Shown here in pieces: positions 1 to 13,754 of a stretch of DNA of 64,000 nucleotides. Source of the stretch: Paragordius varius (Eukaryota; Animalia; Nematomorpha); NCBI GenBank assembly GCA_964247055.1, contig OZ176056.1, positions 6,014,001-6,078,000 on the forward strand, written 5' to 3'. The notes under the pieces were generated by a model. The model was given only the letters and a program-made list of their open reading frames with translations, had not been told where the DNA came from and ran no database searches. Each line of letters starts with the position of its first letter. Position 1 is the stretch's first letter. The position numbers and the translations under genes are program-made.

Positions 1-988
1 TATAATATCCAAAATTTTATTAAATATTTGCTTTAAATTTAAATTTTGGCTATCGTCCTTGAGGCGTACTTGATGGTATTTTACCATGGTGTAAACGGTA
101 TTAAAAAGCTTCATTTATACATCCTTACTTATATTCAAATGAAACTTAATATATTGCGAACGATTAAAAGCTCATTTGGTCCAATTTGGTTTATTTTTTG
201 AGAGAAAAATATTTAATTTTTAATTATACGGGAAGACAAGCAATTTTATAAAATATTTGACTAATTACTTTGTCCGCGATTACAAAATGAGGTGGTTTAT
301 ATCTTAGAACATTGTAAATAAAACACTGTTTGGAAAGATATTATATTTACATAATTAAACATTATTTTCCTCTATTAGATATAAAACCTTTTATTATTAA
401 CAGTTTTCTAATTTCTAGTTAAAATTCGACAGCTCCAAAACGCGATTACTAAACAGCCGATTTCATAATTTATAAATATAAAGTTTTTGTGATAAAATAC
501 GACTTGAAAGCTTTTTAACGTTAATTACTCACTTTTAACCCTAATAAATACAAATGTATTAGTGATTTTAAAAAATATAAGGAAAAAATAGCGGCAAAGA
601 TGAGGATTTTTTATTGTAAATATGCGCCTAACAGGTGAAAAAGCACATTTTTAGATTGGGCCTAATATATTAAAAGCTATTTGAGATAATCGTTTTAATC
701 GATCGGGCATATGAAACTACCCCAAAAGGTTATAAGTGTTAAAGGTAATATAAATTATTAGCATCATATGTATTTTAAAGTGTTTTGATGCCGTGTCATA
801 GAAGAACCATAAAGCATACTTTAGGTAACCAGATTTTTAAATGGAAAAAGGTGGACAACTCTCAACGGAAGGGGGGTTATTTTCAAAATAATACAGTTTA
901 TAAGTATAAAAAAATGCATAATATTTCATTCCTTAATATATTTTTTAATTGAGTTAATTTGTTTGAACAATTTGTTATCATTTTTTAA

Positions 989-2387
989 TCTATATATTTA
1001 TAAAAAAAGAAAGTGGTGATCTTAAACGGTTTTTTTAAAAGCCCACAAAAATAATTTTTAAAATCTATTTAAAGTATGAGACCGTAAAAATTCAATAAGG
1101 TTTCCAGGTATTCCCTGTTAAAAGGCAAAAATTTTAGTCAAGCGTTTTTTGATGATAGCTGCTGGGTAAGGAGATTCCTTTTAAAAACTGACCCGCCATA
1201 TCGAAATAGCGTCGTGCCTTTGGGGCTGAATTTTAAAAAAACCTATCAGGCCATATGAGTTAAATAGCTGCTTAAAATATTACCCGTAACAAGGCAACAA
1301 TTAAGATCGTGCGGTTTAATAAATTAGAAGTTAATTAGGCCCTTCACACCCTGAAAAATGCGCCACTATTAAGAAACTTTTTGTTTTTGAGGCAATTCTT
1401 CGAAAATCCCACGAGAGCATATGGAATCAGTCATGATTCCAGGTATTACCCGAATTAAGGCAATAATTTTAAATGAGAGTTTTTTGTTTCGCCCCTGGTT
1501 AGGGGGCTACTCGCATAAAACAGCGACACCATATCGATACAGCATGCCTTTGGACCCAAATTTCCGAAAACCTTTGTGTCTAATAGGAACATATGGAATC
1601 CATGTTAATTCCCATATAAAGGAAAAATTATGCTCAACGCTTTTTTATACCTAACCCTGGATAAGGGGCTATCCGAAAACTGCGCCACTAAAATTGCGTT
1701 GTTTTGGAGCTAATTTACAGAAAATGTATGAAGCCATATGAGTTGTATTAAAAGCTTGAATTATTATCCTTAACTAGATAAAAAATGTTAGACGTTTTTA
1801 ATCAGCCGTTAATTTGGGGCCTTTAATACGCCATCATATAACGATTATTTAGTGTTGAGGTATTTTTTCGAATAATCCTTGAGACGATGGTATCAAAGAT
1901 GATTCCAATATGCCCTATAAAGGCAAAGAATTTAACTCATTTTCCTTAAAGAGCTACGAGTAGGGGTTCGGTTAAAACTGAGGCGTATACAAAAATGGTG
2001 TGGTTTCGGAACTCATAAAAAAACTTAAGAAGACATACGAGTTCAGTTAAACACATTTCTGGCCCTTAAAAAGGGACCAAAAATGAGTTACTTTTTATAT
2101 CACTTCCCAGCTGTGTGAACACAATTTCACAATAAAACTTATAACCATAATTTCGTAATTCGAAAATCTTAAATTAAATCTAATGATTATATATTAACTT
2201 TCATATGGGACAGTTTAAATATGGTCAATTTAGAAAGCCTATGCAAAATCCCGTAAAAGAATAATTTATGAGATTTTTTTATTGAATATGTTTTTCATTA
2301 TTTTATCTCCATTACCTCTATTTATTGCAAATTATTAAGAATAATTGTTGAGACTATGTCACAGCGAAGCGTTACAGGGCCAGCTAG
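989..2387 (+). mobile_element. Non-autonomous Helitron-like element with internal diverged ~165-170-bp tandem repeats
   Basis: 5' A|TCTATATATTTATAAAA; 3' hairpin tgtcacagcgaagcgttaca followed by gggccagCTAG|T; no TSD, inserted between A and T. Repeat units begin near 1104, 1275, 1438, 1605, 1760 and 1903. Confidence 0.75.
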
Positions 2388-2680
2388 TATATTATATAAA
2401 TGTTCACAAGAATTGGTTAAATTATATTTGACACATAAAATGGCTTTCAGAGTTTAATATTTAATTTTGAATTTTTGGTGTCCACACTTGATTTACTGTA
2501 GAAAAAACGCGTTCAACGCAGGCTTAGTTCCAAATAAAGAGAGTGCAAATTCCACAATTTTTAAAATTTTATTTTTAGGTAAGTAATTTGCTTCAAAATG
2601 ATGAAAAATTTCCAACTATTTTCCTCTACTGTTATTTTTTCTGATGCCTCCTTATCAATATATTATTTAACCAATTATAT

Positions 2681-3795
2681 CACTAAACAACAAATTTTAA
2701 CTTTTTTTAACTGCCATTCTTGTAAATTTAAAATTTATTTCATTAAAGTACATAATTAGTATATCTGAAAAAAAATTGGTCTAGCATGGAAGAATTTTTT
2801 TATATTAGAGTTTATCGATAATTTTTGGCCCCGATTTAACATTAAACTCGAAATTTCGAAAATTAAAAGTTTTAGATTGAACCCAAGTATTTTATGTCAT
2901 TCGAAAGAGCGCAAAAAAAACTGCATCTTTTAAATGGTAGTAAGTCATTTAAATCAATCGGATGTAAAAGTTGTTTGGATTTAAATGGTCGAAATTTTCG
3001 ATCCTTAAATAAGTCAAGAATTTTCACAGACAAACTAATTTGAAATTCATATAAATTATTTTAATATAATTATTAAAGTTATATTAGTATTTAATTTAAA
3101 AAAATGTTTGAAAAAGCTTTTGGCTTGCTTTTTTAATAAAAATTATTATTATCATAAATATTTAATCTAGTGGATACTAAAATGCATAGTTATAACTGTA
3201 AATTTATTACATAATGGCTATAAAAGATCAAAAATACCCTAAACTTTGTTTTTATCTTTAAAATTTCGAAATTATCAGCATTATAAAGAAAATAAATTAA
3301 TATTGATGAGATGGTAGTTTTTAAAAAACAAAAAACTTAAAAATGGCTGTTTTGAGTGACATAAAAGCAATAAAAAATGTTTTAATCAAAAAAACTTTCT
3401 TGTGTTATCTTTTTCGGACATTCATCACCATCTAAATTTTGAGCTATTTTCATCCATTAGTTTTAAAAATATAATAATTAAAAAAAATGCTCTCGCTTCG
3501 CGCGTTTGTCGCTCTTTGTGTCCAATATTAACTCTCGATATAATACATATTAGTATGCATTTTATAGAGTTTTTTTTACTCTTCCGAATGATATATTACA
3601 AATGGGCATTACTTGTATATTTTGAAAGAAAAATATTTTTTAATAAAATTTTGATAAAGAGGGCGCATAAAAAAATCAAATTGTACAAAATTCTTCCAAC
3701 GAGTTCTAATTTTTATTTCAAATTTTCTGTTAAAATGATACTAAATATCAGAAAATCCAAAAAACTCGAATGGCAGAAAAATTTGTTGTCCAGTG
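2681..3795 (+). mobile_element. Non-autonomous CACT-ended DNA transposon (CMC/CACTA-type), copy 1
   Basis: TIRs cactaaacaacaaatttt / aaaatttgttgtccagtg; 3-bp TSD TAT; full-length reverse-complement copy at 49850-50973. Confidence 0.85.
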
Positions 3796-3899
3796 TATTT
3801 CATTAAAAAGTTCATTTCCGAAATATTACTATTTGGGAATTTTAAAGAAATATAATCAAAGGATTTTTGAATATTCATATAAATTGAAGTGAATACAGT

Positions 3900-4330
3900 A
3901 CCTTAACATTTATGAGCACCCGAATCACTGTAGTACCACAATTAATTTATCTTGGTAGTCTAATTAACACCTCTAACAATAGCCCCAGACATTTATAGCA
4001 ATCGGTAAAGTTATATGATATAAATGCCTTGAAATGTGGTGCTGGAGATATTACTACAGATAAATAGGAAAAAAATTAAAAATAGACGTCCTCGAAAACA
4101 TTAAACTTGAAATATCCTTACACGGCTTATACATTAAAATGTAATCATTTTACTTCGGCCACATCACTAGAGCCAAAAACTTGGAGTATCAGATTATGTC
4201 GGGCAAAGTTGAAGGCCCAAGAAAACGTAGCAGATGTAAAATGCGTTGGAACAGTTGATAGCCATCAACCCAACCGTACAATATGGCGTTACTACGCATA
4301 CGAAATAACGACAAATCGAACTCAATAGCT
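3900..4330 (+). mobile_element. Highly degraded non-LTR retrotransposon (RTE-like) 3' fragment
   Basis: Interrupted translation gives YLGSLIN and LEMWCWR..L.I, resembling post-RT LINE motifs. Confidence 0.35.
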
Positions 4331-4498
4331 GCAACAACAATTTCTAGTTAATTTGTTAAAAACTCCGATTTTGTGAACTACGGTACATAAATATAAGTGG
4401 AATTTAGTGGATATTTGTTATAGTATGATTATTTGTTAGAAATCTTCGTTTAGATGTATTTATGGTTAATTTTTGGCAAATTACCACTTGAAATAGTA

Positions 4499-5683
4499 TA
4501 CCGTTTCCCAGTCAAAATAAACGTTTTCCCAGTCAATCGAAACATTTTCCTAATCAATAAAAATGTTTTCCCAGTCAATACAAACGGTTTTATTTTTAAT
4601 GATAAAAACAAGTAACTTTTAACCATTATCAGAGTAATATATGGATATAAACACAATTATTGAATGACATTTTTTCCAAGTATATTCCATGCGCAATCAT
4701 TAATGACTTATTCTTTAAAGGTTATATTTTTGAAATTTGAGATTAAGAAAATATTTTTTATTTTATAGATTCGCATTAATATTTGCGGATATCTATTGTT
4801 ACGGAGTAAATGATAAAATTTATAAAAATATACCATTTTTATCCCAAAGGTCATTTAACACTTCATATTGGATCTTAATAAATTTTACCCTAATTTGATA
4901 ATATTTATTTTTTGTTCATCGGCGGCCTAAGGCGACCTTCCGAGGATCTTTGTGCGGCCCGCGAAAAAATTTAGAAATCCATATGCAAAAATATGCCCAC
5001 AAAATCTTAGTAATACTCATATTTCTTACGCAATTATTATGAATGAGTCTATTAAATTGGTAACGAATTAAAAAAACGTTATATTGTGTTTGTATTTTAC
5101 AGTCTAATTAATCGAATAATTATGTGAATGCCCGTATATATTTCGAATGCGGAACGGTGAGGTTTTTAATGCGGCCCACGAAGGCATTTAGTTGGACAAT
5201 CTTGTTTTAGTCAAATATCCTTTTTATTAAATATTTTTAAATCAAAAACATTTTTATCAAAATTTTCGTTAGATTTTTTTTCGACAGTAATTTTATCGAC
5301 AAACTTGACATATTTAAAAACTGTTGTGAAGCGTTCCGCAAAGATTAATGCGAACCATCGATAAAATAAAATATATTATATTAAAAACATCTCAAATTCC
5401 AAAAATATAATTTTTAAAGAATAAATCATTAATGATTGTGCACTGGAATATACTTGGGAAATTGTCCGTCAATAATTCTGTTTTTAATGAAAAAATATCT
5501 TAATATATTACGCTGATAATGGTTAAAAGTTGATTTCATATTCTTGTTTTGATATTTATCATCAAAAAGAAAACCGTTTTTATTGACTGGGAAAATGTTT
5601 TAATTGAGTGGGAAAACGTCTCGATTGATTGGGAAAATGTTTCAATTGACTGAGAAAACGTTTATTTTGACAGGGAAATGGTA
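4499..5683 (+). mobile_element. Foldback/MITE-like element with long (~0.3 kb) TIRs carrying 21-bp subterminal repeats, copy 1
   Basis: Termini TA|tacc(g/a)tttcccagtcaaaataaacg ... gggaaatggta|TA; repeated unit ttttcccagtcaatcgaaaca; the interior contains a Buster/Charlie-type MITE remnant (~4920-5195). Confidence 0.75.
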
Positions 5684-5786
5684 TAGCTAATTTAGAGTTG
5701 TCATGGGGTATGCTATTGCCCCAATTTAAAACGTTTATAAGGTACAGTACAATATTAACAATGGACAAAAAATATTAACTTTAATA

Positions 5787-7118
5787 TACCATTTCCCAGT
5801 CAAAATAAACGTTTTCCCAGTCAATCGAAACATTTTCCCAATCAATCGAGACGTTTTCCCAGTCAATCAAAACATTTCCCCAGTCAATAAAAACATTTTT
5901 TTCCCCAATCAATAAAAACGTTTTCCCAGTCAATAAAACGGTTTTATTTTTGATGATAAATATTAAAATAAAAATATAAAAACAACTTTTAATAATTATC
6001 AGCGTTATATATGGATATTATTTTTTATAAAAACTCAATATTAAATGACAATTCTTCCAAGTATATTCCAGTGCACAATCATTAATGACTTATTCTTTAA
6101 AAGTTATATTTTTGGAAAGATATTTTTAATATAATATTTTTTATTTTATCGATGGTTCGCATTAATCTTTGCGGAACGCTTCACAATAGTTTTTAAATAT
6201 GTCAAGTTTGCCGTAAAAATACTGTCGGAAAAAATATATAAACGAAAAAATTTTTTTGATAAAAATGTTTTTGGTTTAAAAATATTTAATAAAAAGGATA
6301 TCTGACTAAAACGGGGGTGTCCAACTTAATGCCTTTGCGGACCGCATTTTTAACTCAAAAAGCACGGCGTTCCGTATTCAAAATATATACGGGCATTCAC
6401 ATTCTTATTCGATTAATTAGACTGTAAAATACAAACAGAATATAACGTTTTTTTCATTCGTTACCAATTTAATAGACTCATTTATAATAATTGCGTAAGA
6501 AATATGAGTATTACTAAGATTTTGTGGGCATATTTTTGCATATAAATTTCCAAATTTTTTGCAGGCCGCACAAAGATACTCGGAAGGCCACCTTAGGCCC
6601 CCGATAAACCAAATAATAATTATTATAAAATCAGGGTAAAATTTATGTTTGAGATCCAATATGAAGTGTTAAATGATCTTTGAGATAAAAATGGTATTTT
6701 TTATAAAGTTTATTATTTCCTCCGTAACTATAGATTTTTTAAGTTAGCCGCAAATATTAATGCAAACCATCGATAAAATAAAAAATATTATATTAAAAAC
6801 ATCTCGAATTCCAAAAGTATTACTTTTAAAGAATAAGTCATTAATGATTGCGCACTGGAATATACTTGAAAGAATTGGCATTCAATAATTGTGTCTTTAT
6901 AAAAAATAATATACATATATTACGCTGATAATGGTTAAAAGTTGTTTTTATATTCTTGCTTTAATATTTATCATCTTGACTGCTAAAACGTTTTTATTGA
7001 TTGGGAAAATGCTTCGATTGACTGGGAAAACGTTTCGATTGACTGGGAAAACGTTTCGATTGACTAGGAAAATGTTTCGATTGACTGGGAAAACGTTTAT
7101 TTTGATTGGGAAATGGTA
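5787..7118 (-). mobile_element. Foldback/MITE-like element, copy 2, inverted relative to copy 1
   Basis: Same TIRs and 21-bp repeats; interior ~6170-6780 is the reverse complement of ~4790-5345. Confidence 0.75.
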
Positions 7119-7544
7119 TGTGAAAAAACCTACCTAAGCGGGCATTTTTAATATTTAAAAAATATTAGGTTTGAGCTAATTGAAGCAGTTATATGGATAT
7201 TTTTGTTTCAAAAAATTAAGTTAAATTATTAAATTTCCAAGTTAAGCCATAAGTTAGTAAAATAAATTAATCACTATTTCAAAAATGCCTACTCATAGTT
7301 TTTTATAAGAATATGGCGATTAATTAAGTAGTCTTGGAATTTATATTTCATGAAAAATTTATCCCCAAATCTATCATTTGCTCATCTTAAAAAAGTTGAT
7401 ATTTTTTTCTCTTAAAATATTTGGATGAAGCTCAAATCTTTGAAAGCTAAATTATATATTGTCCTTATTAACTTTTCAACTGAATACAGCTGCATATTAT
7501 GGTTTATTAATTTGTTAATATATCATTTACGCTTTAAGAGTTGC

Positions 7545-8210
7545 CTTTAACACCTCAAGTCGGTCCTTAACACTTCAAGTTGGTTCTAGAACACTTCAAG
7601 TCGGTCATTTAACAGTTTAAGTTTTGCCTTTTTTTAAATTTCTTTTTAACTTTTATCAATCACACCGTGTATGATTAATATATGCCCTTTGCACTTTAAG
7701 AGTCTTGAACAGCTCAAGTTAGTCCTTGAACATTTCAAGTTAAACCTTGAGCACTTCAAGTTTCTCCTTGAACACTTCAAGTTGGTCCCTATAAATTTTA
7801 AATTAGGATTTTACCATAAATTTTAAATGTATTTTTTATTTTATTATTTTTTAACCTAATTTTTCTTATTTATTATATATTTATTCCTTTTAAAATAAAA
7901 TTTTTTATAATCAAAAAAACTTTTTTTGATTTAAATAATTTTTCCAATTGAACAAAACTATTAATTTATAAATGTTTTTAATGAAAACTTGTAATTTATA
8001 ACCCACCTTTATAATTTTTATTACATGTTTGAAATCATAATAAAATATTATATATATTTTAATATAAAGATAGATCGTTTCTGAATGATTAAAAGTTGAT
8101 AGAATTAAATTAATACACGAGTTGATTGATAGAAATTAAACACAAAACAAAGTTAAAGGACCAACTTAAAGTGTTCAAGGACCATCTTGCAGCGTTTAAG
8201 GACACTCATG
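7545..8210. repeat. Element with 21-bp tandem units (ccttgaacacttcaagttggt) on the left and inverted units on the right
   Basis: About 8 degenerate units at 7545-7795 and about 3 inverted units at 8150-8210. Confidence 0.55.
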
Positions 8211-9599
8211 AAACTGAAATAGTATGTATCAAATATTATATGTATATATATATATATATTTAATTTTAAAAACAAAACAATCTTTGTTATATCATCCCAG
8301 CATAAAAAGTCCATTATTTAAAAATTATTTAAGATATTTGCTTTTGAAACCTGATGTATTTTGCCTTTTAGGCACATTTTTAATTAAAACGTAGACATCG
8401 TTATAAGAGTGTAATGTGTTGGTTTATTTTGTGAAAAAAGTCGCAGTAAGGAATTTTATAATCAATATTGGCTGAATGATAAACGACAATCGAAGATAAA
8501 ATAATGAGTTTTTTATAATAAAGCAATTATTTTAGATAATTTTACTTTAGTAATGTCTTAAAACTTTTTAAAACACACAACTGATTTTAGATCCGTTGAA
8601 TAATACTAGGAAAAATTAAAAACACATTGGTATATTTTCAGAGAATGAAACACCATAGTAATTAATGCATACTACGCATAGAATGAATATTTGAAAAATC
8701 AGATTTGTAATATATGGTATACTTTGAGGTTTAGGTGAGTGTCATAAGTAGTTTGCTACGATAGCTGGCGCCAAAAAAATTTAAGAAAGCCTGACACAAT
8801 TTAAAAACGAATCTGAAATCGCAAAGCTTTCTGTTCATCGTTCCTGCCTCATATTATCAGGTGTAGAAGCTCAACAGTCCAAATTTTAGTTGATCCAAAT
8901 GCTTCAATTAAATTTGTTTTACCGGGGATATCAAAAAAAACCTAGTTAATTTAACCTTTGGTAACATTTTTAGTAATTGTGGTTTCGACTTTTCCTAAGA
9001 TCACTACTACTGACTTTTAATGCAATCAGTACCAGTTTTTGGTCAATCATTAACATTTGCATGTTACACCTGTTCTCGAATAAAGAGTCACCTTCACGAA
9101 AATAAATAAAAGCCAAAAAGCATTCAAATTGTTAGAGATACATTTTGATTGCGCTAATTGTCAAACCACCTTTTTACCTTCATAAACCCGATAGCATTTT
9201 TTCAAAAGTATCAAGTAATATATATTATAAAAATATAATTTTGGGTTATACACAAAATAAAAGTTTTGCAATAAAAAGTGATTATTTGAATTTTATTTAA
9301 ATTGAGAATATTTATTTTAAAATATTCGTTTATTAACCATTCGTGATGACAATTTATTGATTACATTATGATAATTTAGCAAGAACTTTTTCAAATTTTG
9401 TAACGCAAATATAAAAAGACACTATATCTTATGTGTTATATAAAATTTATATTTATGTTAACTAAAGAATAATCATTAATCATAACAATCATATTTAATT
9501 GCTATCAATAACTACTTTGATAATGATTTTTTGTATTATATTCCACTCTATTCACTGCCTGACTTCAATTATATATACCTACAAATTTCTGATTAGTGA

Positions 9600-10250
9600 T
9601 TCTTGATATTGACAATTCATTCGAACCAATTTTCATTTAACATACTTTAAAAAAAATTCATACCACTATTTGGCACAAGATCATAAAACGTGTAGATTCT
9701 GTATTGTATCGGTAAACAATTTCTTATCAAGATTAATGTTACTTATGATCAGGATTGGTAAAATTTTGCTTTAATTTTATAGTCTGCCTGAAAAAATTTG
9801 TTTGACCTGCCAAATAAAACAACAGAAAATCGCGACTTCGGTAAAATGATTTTTAGTTAACTACTTTTGTAAATGCCATACTTTATTATCTAACATGCAA
9901 AACAATACAAATTGAAATACAGAAACGTATAATCAAATGTTTTTTTTTCAAGGGCCACTACAAAGTCCAACATATATGCTTCAATAGCGGTTATTTATAA
10001 ACCAAATTAGTACACCAAGGTTTTTACCGGTTAACACAAACATTTTTTGTAATAATATCTTCTACAAAATGGATACATATTTTAACATTGACCAATATTT
10101 TTTGATAAATGTGGTTATTAGAACAGGCCAATCTAACATCATCCTCTGTCATTGGTATATTTAGTTTTTAAATATGCCACCTCGATCCGATTTAAAATAA
10201 TCAGGATAATTTACATTGTATATATTTATTAACTGGGATATATAAGTTCA
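9600..10250 (-). mobile_element. Degraded LINE (CR1/L2-like) RT C-terminal remnant
   Basis: Interrupted minus-strand translation contains KNLGVLI, similar to the K(D/N)LGV motif; many stops. Confidence 0.35.
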
Positions 10251-10499
10251 GATGTATATGATCAATACCGAAGCATTAATTTCAATGAAAAATAGATAAA
10301 TTAAGAATTTATAATTCATCGAATAAAACGGATCTTAAAATATTGAAAAATTAATAAATATCGATCGCAACCAAATAAAAAAAATATTTAATTCAAGGCT
10401 ATAAAAAAGCACTTTTATGGCCGATGCGACACGTGTCTGTTAGTATGGCTGCTCTTTTAAGTTTACAAATGATAAAAAATTACCACATGGCCAATTTAG

Positions 10500-13240
10500 A
10501 AAAAAAATCATACTAGGTGTTTTTTAAGCGTTAAAGGTATTAACCTATCAGTTACCACTATAAAAGCGGGCGAGTTTCTGACGACTTCTTGTCGGGTACC
10601 GTCGTTCCTGTATTTTTGTGGGGAAGTTGGTTGTCGCAGATACCTGGGTATTATCATTTGGAGTTTTGGCTGTCGGGGTAATCGGTTCGGTTTCGTCACT
10701 TTTGCGTTTCGGCAATTGTTCCATCGTCCTTTACGTGTTACATCCTCCTTACTCGTGTTGCTGGAAGTGGTAGTTTGTTGTAGTGGTTGGTGTACCATTT
10801 GGTCGGCGTGCTTCCATACGACTTTCTCCGGGTCTTTGTCCCATACCTTGTATGAAAATAACCCTGTACGCTCTCCGGCGCGCCACTCTGGACTTAGCTC
10901 ATTTTTAATCATTACTGGATTATTAATGGCAAACTGACGTCGGGGTGCCGGTGCATCTAACAATGTTGCCCTACTATATAACTAGGTTAAGGGGGAGTGT
11001 ACGCTTGAACATTAATTGAACCAGGGTCTCTTTAGTTGTCGAGTGTATAGAGTTTCTATACGCCCATAGGCTAGTGTTAAACGCTTCGTGGGTGGATATC
11101 GCATTATTTTTTATTCTTTTGTATTTATTTTTTATTGTACCTACCCTCTCTACCATCCCATTACTCTTAGGATGGTAGGGGGTAACTTAATATGTTTCAC
11201 CCCTAACCTACATAAGGTTGACGTGAAGTACCCAATGATAAGATGCGAAGCGTTATCGCTAACGATTTTTCTTGCAAGCCAAACCTTGCAACGTTTCTTC
11301 TACTTTATGGATTATATTCGCTGTGGTTACCTTTTTCAAAATTAACCCTTCTGCCCATTTCAAGGCACTATCAATTATCAACAACCAATTATAACCGTCT
11401 ACTGGTCCGGCTTTAATATGCAAACGCTCCCACACAGCAACATTATGATCCCACTGATACGTAGAATTCTGAGTAACATTCGGTCTACTACGTTAGCACG
11501 ATTCGCATTGACATCTGGCTTTTACCAGGTCATTTTCTAATTCTGGCCAATAACACGTAAATCTGGCTTTCGCTTTCATTGTCTCTACGTTGTTATGACC
11601 GCTGTGTAGGTATCTCACCACCACTTTTTGGAGAGGCTTCGGAATTTTAATCCGATCATTTAAATTTAGTAAGCCATATTGATATGCCATCTCGTCTTTA
11701 CGGTTTACAAGATTTTTTAATTCTGGACTCTAGTCATGCTTGTTTAACGCTTTAATTACTTTTTGTAATACTGGATCTAATGCGGTTTCTTTTCGAATAT
11801 CATCTCTGCTAAACCGCACGTTATGACAATTCAAAATCTCAGATATCTGGTAACCGCATAATCTTCATCGTAGGCAACGATCTCGTTAATCGGCCATCTC
11901 GGTAAATAATCAGCTCTATTTTAAGCCCCCTTTTGATGAATTATTTCAAAGTCGTATTCATTTATCATATTAATCCATCTTATTACTTTAGCATTATGAA
12001 TTTCTTTTAAATTTTAATCTGTATTTATTGACTTCACTAAGGGTAAATGGTCAGTAAATATTATAAATTTTCTACCATATACGAAACTATGAAACTTTCT
12101 TAAAGCAAAAAATACTGCTTCCAATTCCTTCTCGATAGTGGAATAATTCCTTTCAACGTTGCTACACTTTTGTGAGGCATACGCGATCGGTATCCTTTCA
12201 CTATTAACCTCATGACTTAAAATAAACTCGAATCCTAAATCTGACGCATCAGTTTCTATTATCAATTTCCTATTCGGGTTATATGGTGTTAAAAACACTT
12301 TTCGCTTAACAAATTCTTAGCTGCAAACCAGCTTTTCCCATGTTTCTCGGTCCAAGACCATCTCGGATTTTTACTAGTTAATTCATGTAAGGGACTGATC
12401 ATTTGTAATTTTGGTATAAAGCGTTATGAAACGTCAAAAAATCTAAAAAACTACGTAATGACTTTTTATCTACCGGCCTTTTTAGTTTTTTAATTGCCTT
12501 GATTTTGCTTTTACATGGGCTTATACCATTTTTCGGTTCAAATCTTTTATAATTTACTGATTCTGCACCTATCATTATTTTATCTTCATTAATAGGAATG
12601 CGGCTTTATCGAGACGACTTAATACGTTATTTAAATTGTTAATGTGCTCATTTTCCGTCCTACCAGTCACTAGGACGTCATTAAAATACGCAAATTCCCG
12701 GACTTTCAGCCAGCACCTGTTCCATCACCCGTTGAAAGATGATGGGTGCCGTGGCCAGTTCAAACGGCATGCGTTTGTAGCTAAAAATAAGTTTTTGAGA
12801 TAGTTAACAAATCTTGCCACTCCTCTGCCACTGGAATTTGGAGGTAAGCATTTTTTAAATCAATATGTGAGACCTTCGCTTATTTTCGACAACTATTCAA
12901 ACGTGGGGATTATATAAGAGTCGTCTTGCAACCACTTATTAATCGTTACCCGAAAATCACTGCATATGTTTAATTCGCCATTCGTAAGTACATTAACCTG
13001 AGGCATGGCCCATGTCACAGGTGTTATGTTAGGATCAACTGGTTCTAAAAGCCTAACTTTTCTAGCCTCGTCAGCTCTTTCTTCATCTTTTCTCTCAATG
13101 GAAAAGGCACCCGACATGATAATGCTTTCGGGATCGCATTCGCTGCAATGGAATTTTTACAGGGTCTTTATAACACATCCTGCTTATTTTCGAATGTTTT
13201 TATATTTTTCGAAAATCTCATTTAATTTTAGATAATTAAT
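10500..13240 (-). mobile_element. Decayed Ty3/Gypsy LTR retrotransposon pol (RT-RNase H-integrase)
   Basis: ICSDFRVTINK (RT start), IIETDASDLG..PIAYAS..ERNYSTIEKELEAV..FTDHLPL (RNase H), LHSGH..MKAKAR..YWP..C..C (integrase zinc finger), LWAYRNSIHSTT (integrase core); multiple frameshifts and stops. Confidence 0.9.
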
Positions 13241-13754
13241 TTTAATTTAACCCTTTAACTCTCCAACTTTTTACATGTATGTTTGTTATTCTATAATTTG
13301 TGATTTTAGGCTCTCAATCAAACAAATTTTTCGCATTAATTACAAAATTAAATAATTTAAAAAGCTATTAAAATATATATTTTGATTTGTGCCTTGTTTT
13401 ATCTAGGTAATTACACGATAATTGTTTTACCAAAAATAACCAAATTAAAAAACCACCTATATTTTTATTATTTAAATTTAAATATAATATGTTACACAAA
13501 AAATGATAAATCTTAAAAACATAAACAATTTAACCGATAATTAAAAATAATGTAGTGGAAACGGTATATAATTAAATATTTATAAAAAAAATACATGTTT
13601 GCCGTTCGCCTGTGTCACTCCACACAAAGACATCACAAATATAAAGGCATAAATATAGCATAAAACGTTAGGGTTGTCTAGAACCACCCAATATTAAATT
13701 ATTATCAAAGATCATGATGGCTAAATTTATATAAAACATTAAAATTTCAGTCAA

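Larger units (their letters stand above)
821..3890 (-). mobile_element. Truncated hAT (Blackjack-like) transposon remnant interrupted by two nested insertions
   Basis: 821 ttaggtaaccagattttt resembles the terminus at 37947. Segments ~925-988, 2388-2680 and 3796-3890 align by eye with the transposase 3' region at ~38940-39380. Confidence 0.7.

Noticed and set aside
1421-7137. Short ORFs (1421, 3402, 4450, 5580, 6417, 6931) as host genes
   Set aside because: All fall inside non-coding transposon interiors or repeat arms; low-complexity translations with no splice or homology support.
4499-8210. 21-bp tandem repeats considered as CRISPR arrays
   Set aside because: No unique spacers, units lie in TIR arms, the context is eukaryotic and there are no cas genes.
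8755-9200. tggcgcc as an LTR primer-binding site and a CYTC..H segment as a gag knuckle
   Set aside because: No adjacent LTR or coherent ORF found; the motifs are too short.
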